DNA of 57,369 bases from an uncultured virus (IMG/VR IMGVR_UViG_3300046675_000098) (lineage: Duplodnaviria; Heunggongvirae; Uroviricota; Caudoviricetes): the IMG/VR virus record IMGVR_UViG_3300046675_000098; one strand, written 5' to 3'. A program made the translations under genes and the position numbers. Positions 53,971 through 57,369 of the stretch are shown one piece after another. The notes beneath the pieces were generated by a model, which was not told the DNA's origin, searched no databases, and worked only from the letters and a program-made list of their open reading frames with translations. How positions within the stretch are numbered: the stretch's first letter is position 1; every line of letters begins with the position of its first letter.

Positions 53971-55626
53971 TTACTGCTGGGTCGTGTCGTTCTGGTCGTA
54001 GTCCATGACCTGCGGCGGCATCACCTGGTAGGCCCGTTGCATCATCTCTTGAGCTAGTGCTGGGTCAACAGGGGCACCAGGCGCCATGCCACCATCCGGT
54101 AGCAGAATGGGCTGCCCATCGGGCGTCATGCCGGTCGAAGCCATCTGGAACTGCGACACCTGCAAGCGGATCAGGTCGAGAGCGCCCTGCTCCTTCAGGT
54201 CCTCCATCATCTCCTCGAAGATCTCTCGCAGCTTCTGATCGGGGTACTGCTCGCCCAGGTCACGCAGGGCGCCCTTGCGGGACTCCAGGCTCATCGCCAT
54301 GAGGGCCTGGATCTCGTTGATCTTGAGCAGCCGGTCCATGGGCATGGGGTCCGGCCAGAAGATCTCGGTGCGGTAGGTGACCGGGTCGAAGGGGTCCAAC
54401 TGCATCAGTTGGTCCGGGTCCGGGATCACCCCAGCTAGGGAGGGGTTGTACTGGAGGCTGTCGGGCTCGAACAGCGCGATGTACTTCAGGGCTAGCTCGT
54501 TGACCGTCTTGAAGCCCGACGTGTACTGCGTCCGCTTCTGGTGGTAGCGGTGCATCATCGACGCGTATTGCATCTGAAGCGCCACGCCCGAGGTGTTGCT
54601 AACTGGTGTCTGTTGACCCAACGCCCCCTCGGGGACACCGGTCATCTCGTGCATCGAGCGCTTGAGCAGTTCCATGTAGCCCAGCGGCCCCGCGAAGTTG
54701 GTGTCCAACTCCAGGTTCTCGATCTTGGCGTCCTTGTTCCCGATGGACCAGACCTTCTTCGGCCCCTTCTCCAGGTTCGACGCCTTGGCCCCGATGATCA
54801 CCGTGACGGGGCTCGCGTGATAGTTGATCACGTCGGAGATGTTCGTGGCCCGCTCGTTGTACTCCCGGTTGATGGCGATGATGTCGTTGCAGTCACCGAG
54901 ACCCCACGGTGATGACGCAACAGGCACGTTCGGGATGTGCACGATGGGGATGGTGCCCAGGCTGTTCTCACGGCGGTCGATCAACTCGTCGTTGACGTAC
55001 TCCTCGATCGACTCGTCGGTGACAAGCTCGACGTAGGTGTACACCTGTCGGGTGCCGTCCTGAGCCGTGCCCCAGAACTTGTACTTGAGCTTGAAGCGCT
55101 GGATGCGGGACCGATCATGGGCGTGGAACTCCGGGAAGCAGAACGCCGGGTTCAACGGCAGGATGCGGACCTTGCCCGGGTGGATCATCCCTGTTGGGTC
55201 AACCCAAGCCTCTTCGTAGGCCACCTTGATGAACACGTCACCGGAAACGCCACCCAACTGGCCGATCTCCCACAGGAGCTTGGCTTTGTTGTTGTCGATC
55301 TCCCACACCCGCTTGAGCAGCGGCGGGATGACCAGGCTGGTGGCCTCAGGGGAGTGGAACTCCACACCACGGCCGAAGGTGAAGTTGTTGATGTAGTCGC
55401 TGAACGCCTTGATGTAGTTGAAGGTGAGTTGGGGCTCACCAATCTCCCGCTTGTACGCCCAGTGATGGCCCAGGTACCAGGCCCAGTTCATCGCATAACG
55501 ATTTAGTCGAGGGCCGTGGACCTCGAACTCCTCGTCTGCTAACTCAACAAGGCCCAGCGGGCTGATGGCGATGGTCAGGTCACTGGCTGCGGCCCGGTAG
55601 CTCGGCGGGTAGAAGTTGACTGACAT
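53971..55626 (-). CDS. portal protein (SPP1 gp6-like)
   Basis: SPLGLVELADEEFEVHGPRLNRY, IP.VHIPN, SGVAL. Confidence 0.9.
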   Translation of the reverse strand: MSVNFYPPSYRAAASDLTIAISPLGLVELADEEFEVHGPRLNRYAMNWAWYLGHHWAYKREIGEPQLTFNYIKAFSDYINNFTFGRGVEFHSPEATSLVIPPLLKRVWEIDNNKAKLLWEIGQLGGVSGDVFIKVAYEEAWVDPTGMIHPGKVRILPLNPAFCFPEFHAHDRSRIQRFKLKYKFWGTAQDGTRQVYTYVELVTDESIEEYVNDELIDRRENSLGTIPIVHIPNVPVASSPWGLGDCNDIIAINREYNERATNISDVINYHASPVTVIIGAKASNLEKGPKKVWSIGNKDAKIENLELDTNFAGPLGYMELLKRSMHEMTGVPEGALGQQTPVSNTSGVALQMQYASMMHRYHQKRTQYTSGFKTVNELALKYIALFEPDSLQYNPSLAGVIPDPDQLMQLDPFDPVTYRTEIFWPDPMPMDRLLKINEIQALMAMSLESRKGALRDLGEQYPDQKLREIFEEMMEDLKEQGALDLIRLQVSQFQMASTGMTPDGQPILLPDGGMAPGAPVDPALAQEMMQRAYQVMPPQVMDYDQNDTTQQ

Positions 55627-56975
55627 CAGAAGTCGATCTTCATACGCTTGGCCGCATCAGAGCGGCGATCCGGTACCGCACCTTCAGACGAGCGGGAGAA
55701 ATCGAAGCTCGGTGTCAGCTTGCCCGTGAACTGGTCCTCACGGAGCAACGATGGTGCGTCGTGATACTTGCCAGCAGCATCCTGGACCGAGGCCGTCAGT
55801 GGCTCAGGGTCCTTCGTGGCCCGCTCGTGGGACCACACGTTGGACTGGAGGTCCCCCGGCAGCATCCGGTGCTTGAACGCCACACGAGTGGAGAGCATCT
55901 TGTCCACGTCGTACTGGCCAGCCTTCTTGTGCAGGGTCTCAGGCATGCCCTTGGCTGAGAGATCCCACGCGTCACTGGTGTAGGACCCAGCGTAGGCAGC
56001 CCGTACCGCCGTGGGGATCTGCTCCTGGCCTACTGACAGCCCCTCGTTGAAGTTGGGCACCTTCTCCATGCCCTCGGTCTTGGCGGGCAGCGGGTCGGAC
56101 GAGGTACCAGGCCGACCCAGCGAGATGGCGGCGCGCTCCTTGGACAGAGGCAACCCGATACCGGGCGACTCCCGGCCCAGGCGCTCCAGTGTTGACTCAC
56201 GGGCCTTCACACCGGGGAAGCGGCTCTCCCGCTCCCGCACGGCGCGCCCCACGTTGGTGGCCGTGGTCAGGTTGGGCGTCGAAGGCTGGTTGGCGTTGCC
56301 CATGGACCACGGCGTGCGAGGGCTGGTCTGGGCCACAGCGCGGGTCATCGACGCCATGGAGGAGTCAGTCTGCGCCGCCGCCGTCTCGATGCCCGGAACA
56401 GCCTGGCCGGGGGTGACATGACCAGTCTCCTCGTCCCGGCCGCTGTACCACGGCGACGTAGGTGCTGCGGCCATCAGCTTGGTCAGGTGCGCCATGTGGC
56501 GCGCACCCTGGCCGTAGTCGTCCCCGGCTGGGGTCTGGTGAGGCACATCGATGGGGTGGGAGGCTCGGGTCTCAGCGAAGTTCTGGATGGCGTTGACCTT
56601 GCGCTGATGGGCTGACACGGCACCCGTGGGGCTCGCCTCGATCCCCGGCAGGAAGCCACCCCCACTGGAAGCCAGCGGTGGTGCTACCCCGGCAGCGTGG
56701 GCGATCTCAGACACCGGCTTCTCGAACTGCTGGGTCTGGAACAACTGGCCCTGGTTCGGGTCGCCCTTGCCCGAGGGCATGAGACCATGCGCTACCAAGG
56801 TGGCCTCACGCGCAGGCTGGCGCAGAGGCACGTTGGGTGCCGGACGGCCAGACTTGCGGCCCGCCATGGGGCTGAACCCGCCTGTGGAGTGCGCCGGACC
56901 CATGGGGATGGCGCCCTCGGTCCGCTCCGGGGCTGCTCCCGAGAAGGAGTCCACCCGATTCCGTGCGATGACCAT
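55626..56975 (-). CDS. hypothetical protein with conserved-looking C-terminal domain
   Basis: TGATG coupling at both ends; WY, SP..PW, K..NF, D.W, LQ...W motifs. Confidence 0.65.
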   Translation of the reverse strand: MVIARNRVDSFSGAAPERTEGAIPMGPAHSTGGFSPMAGRKSGRPAPNVPLRQPAREATLVAHGLMPSGKGDPNQGQLFQTQQFEKPVSEIAHAAGVAPPLASSGGGFLPGIEASPTGAVSAHQRKVNAIQNFAETRASHPIDVPHQTPAGDDYGQGARHMAHLTKLMAAAPTSPWYSGRDEETGHVTPGQAVPGIETAAAQTDSSMASMTRAVAQTSPRTPWSMGNANQPSTPNLTTATNVGRAVRERESRFPGVKARESTLERLGRESPGIGLPLSKERAAISLGRPGTSSDPLPAKTEGMEKVPNFNEGLSVGQEQIPTAVRAAYAGSYTSDAWDLSAKGMPETLHKKAGQYDVDKMLSTRVAFKHRMLPGDLQSNVWSHERATKDPEPLTASVQDAAGKYHDAPSLLREDQFTGKLTPSFDFSRSSEGAVPDRRSDAAKRMKIDF

Positions 56976-57286
56976 CAGCTACCTCCCGCAGTGGGGCTCG
57001 CCCGTCGCCGCTTGTTGTTGACGTAGCTCAGCGCTGACGGCGCCAGGCCGGGAGGCATGTTGATGCCCATCATGTCGTCAGCCCGCTTCATGACCTCCGG
57101 CTTCATCTTGGCCCAGAGGAGTCGGTAGTTCTCCGGCTTCTCTTTGTCCTTCTTCAGCCGGATGTCATGGGGCGGGATGACGATGGGTCGGCCTGGTGAG
57201 AGGCCACCAAAGACGCGTTCGTGCACCGTTTGGGTGCTCGGCAGACGGGTTCCTACCGTCTGCATGCGCTGCGGTGGCCAAGGCAT
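56975..57286 (-). CDS. hypothetical protein
   Basis: TGATG coupling at both ends. Confidence 0.6.
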   Translation of the reverse strand: MPWPPQRMQTVGTRLPSTQTVHERVFGGLSPGRPIVIPPHDIRLKKDKEKPENYRLLWAKMKPEVMKRADDMMGINMPPGLAPSALSYVNNKRRRASPTAGGS

Positions 57287-57369
57287 CAGTCGTTGACGAC
57301 GGCGCGGTTGGGGCGCCGCTTGAGACCTTCGCTCTCCCGCTCGAAGCCGTAGCCGGTGCCGAAGGCCTG
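57286..57369 (-). CDS. 3' end of a gene entering from outside the window
   Basis: reads ...QAFGTGYGFERESEGLKRRPNRAVVND*; TGA overlaps the next ATG. Confidence 0.55.
   Translation of the reverse strand, partial: QAFGTGYGFERESEGLKRRPNRAVVND

Noticed and set aside
1..57369. tRNA genes, integrase, terminase, endolysin, introns or inteins
   Set aside because: None recognised by eye; PolA, DnaB and RecA lengths leave no room for inteins. tRNAscan-SE and HMM searches would be needed to exclude them formally.

Overview
The window is a 57-kb segment of a GC-rich tailed phage or prophage with a contractile tail (myovirus type). It resembles actinobacterial myoviruses that have an SPP1-like portal and an N4-gp56-like capsid. 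Nearly all genes are on the minus strand. From right to left they encode portal, scaffold, major capsid, fibre/decoration genes, neck, sheath, tube, chaperone, tape measure (with M15 peptidase and lytic transglycosylase domains), baseplate, lectin/glycoside-hydrolase tail proteins, small regulators, an orphan adenine methyltransferase, a ~550-bp non-coding island, a replication module (initiator-like, DnaC-like, DnaB, primase, SNF2 helicase, SSB, PolA) and a recombination module (RecA, resolvase, Cas4-like nuclease). The only convincing plus-strand gene encodes a secreted sugar-dehydrogenase-like beta-propeller/PKD protein that looks host-derived and suggests an Acidimicrobiia-like host. Three signals are not explained by the gene list. 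(1) An exact 13-mer, CACTGACACTGAC, occurs 14 times (7 per strand), mostly inside genes in different reading frames, with one copy forming a promoter -35. (2) The non-coding island has a plus-strand promoter, a terminator and 14-nt-period ACAGGAAC repeats, which recur with the same period in the ssb leader. (3) The palindrome GGTACC appears strongly over-represented. All product calls come from motif recognition and gene order; no database search was run, and counts were made by eye.
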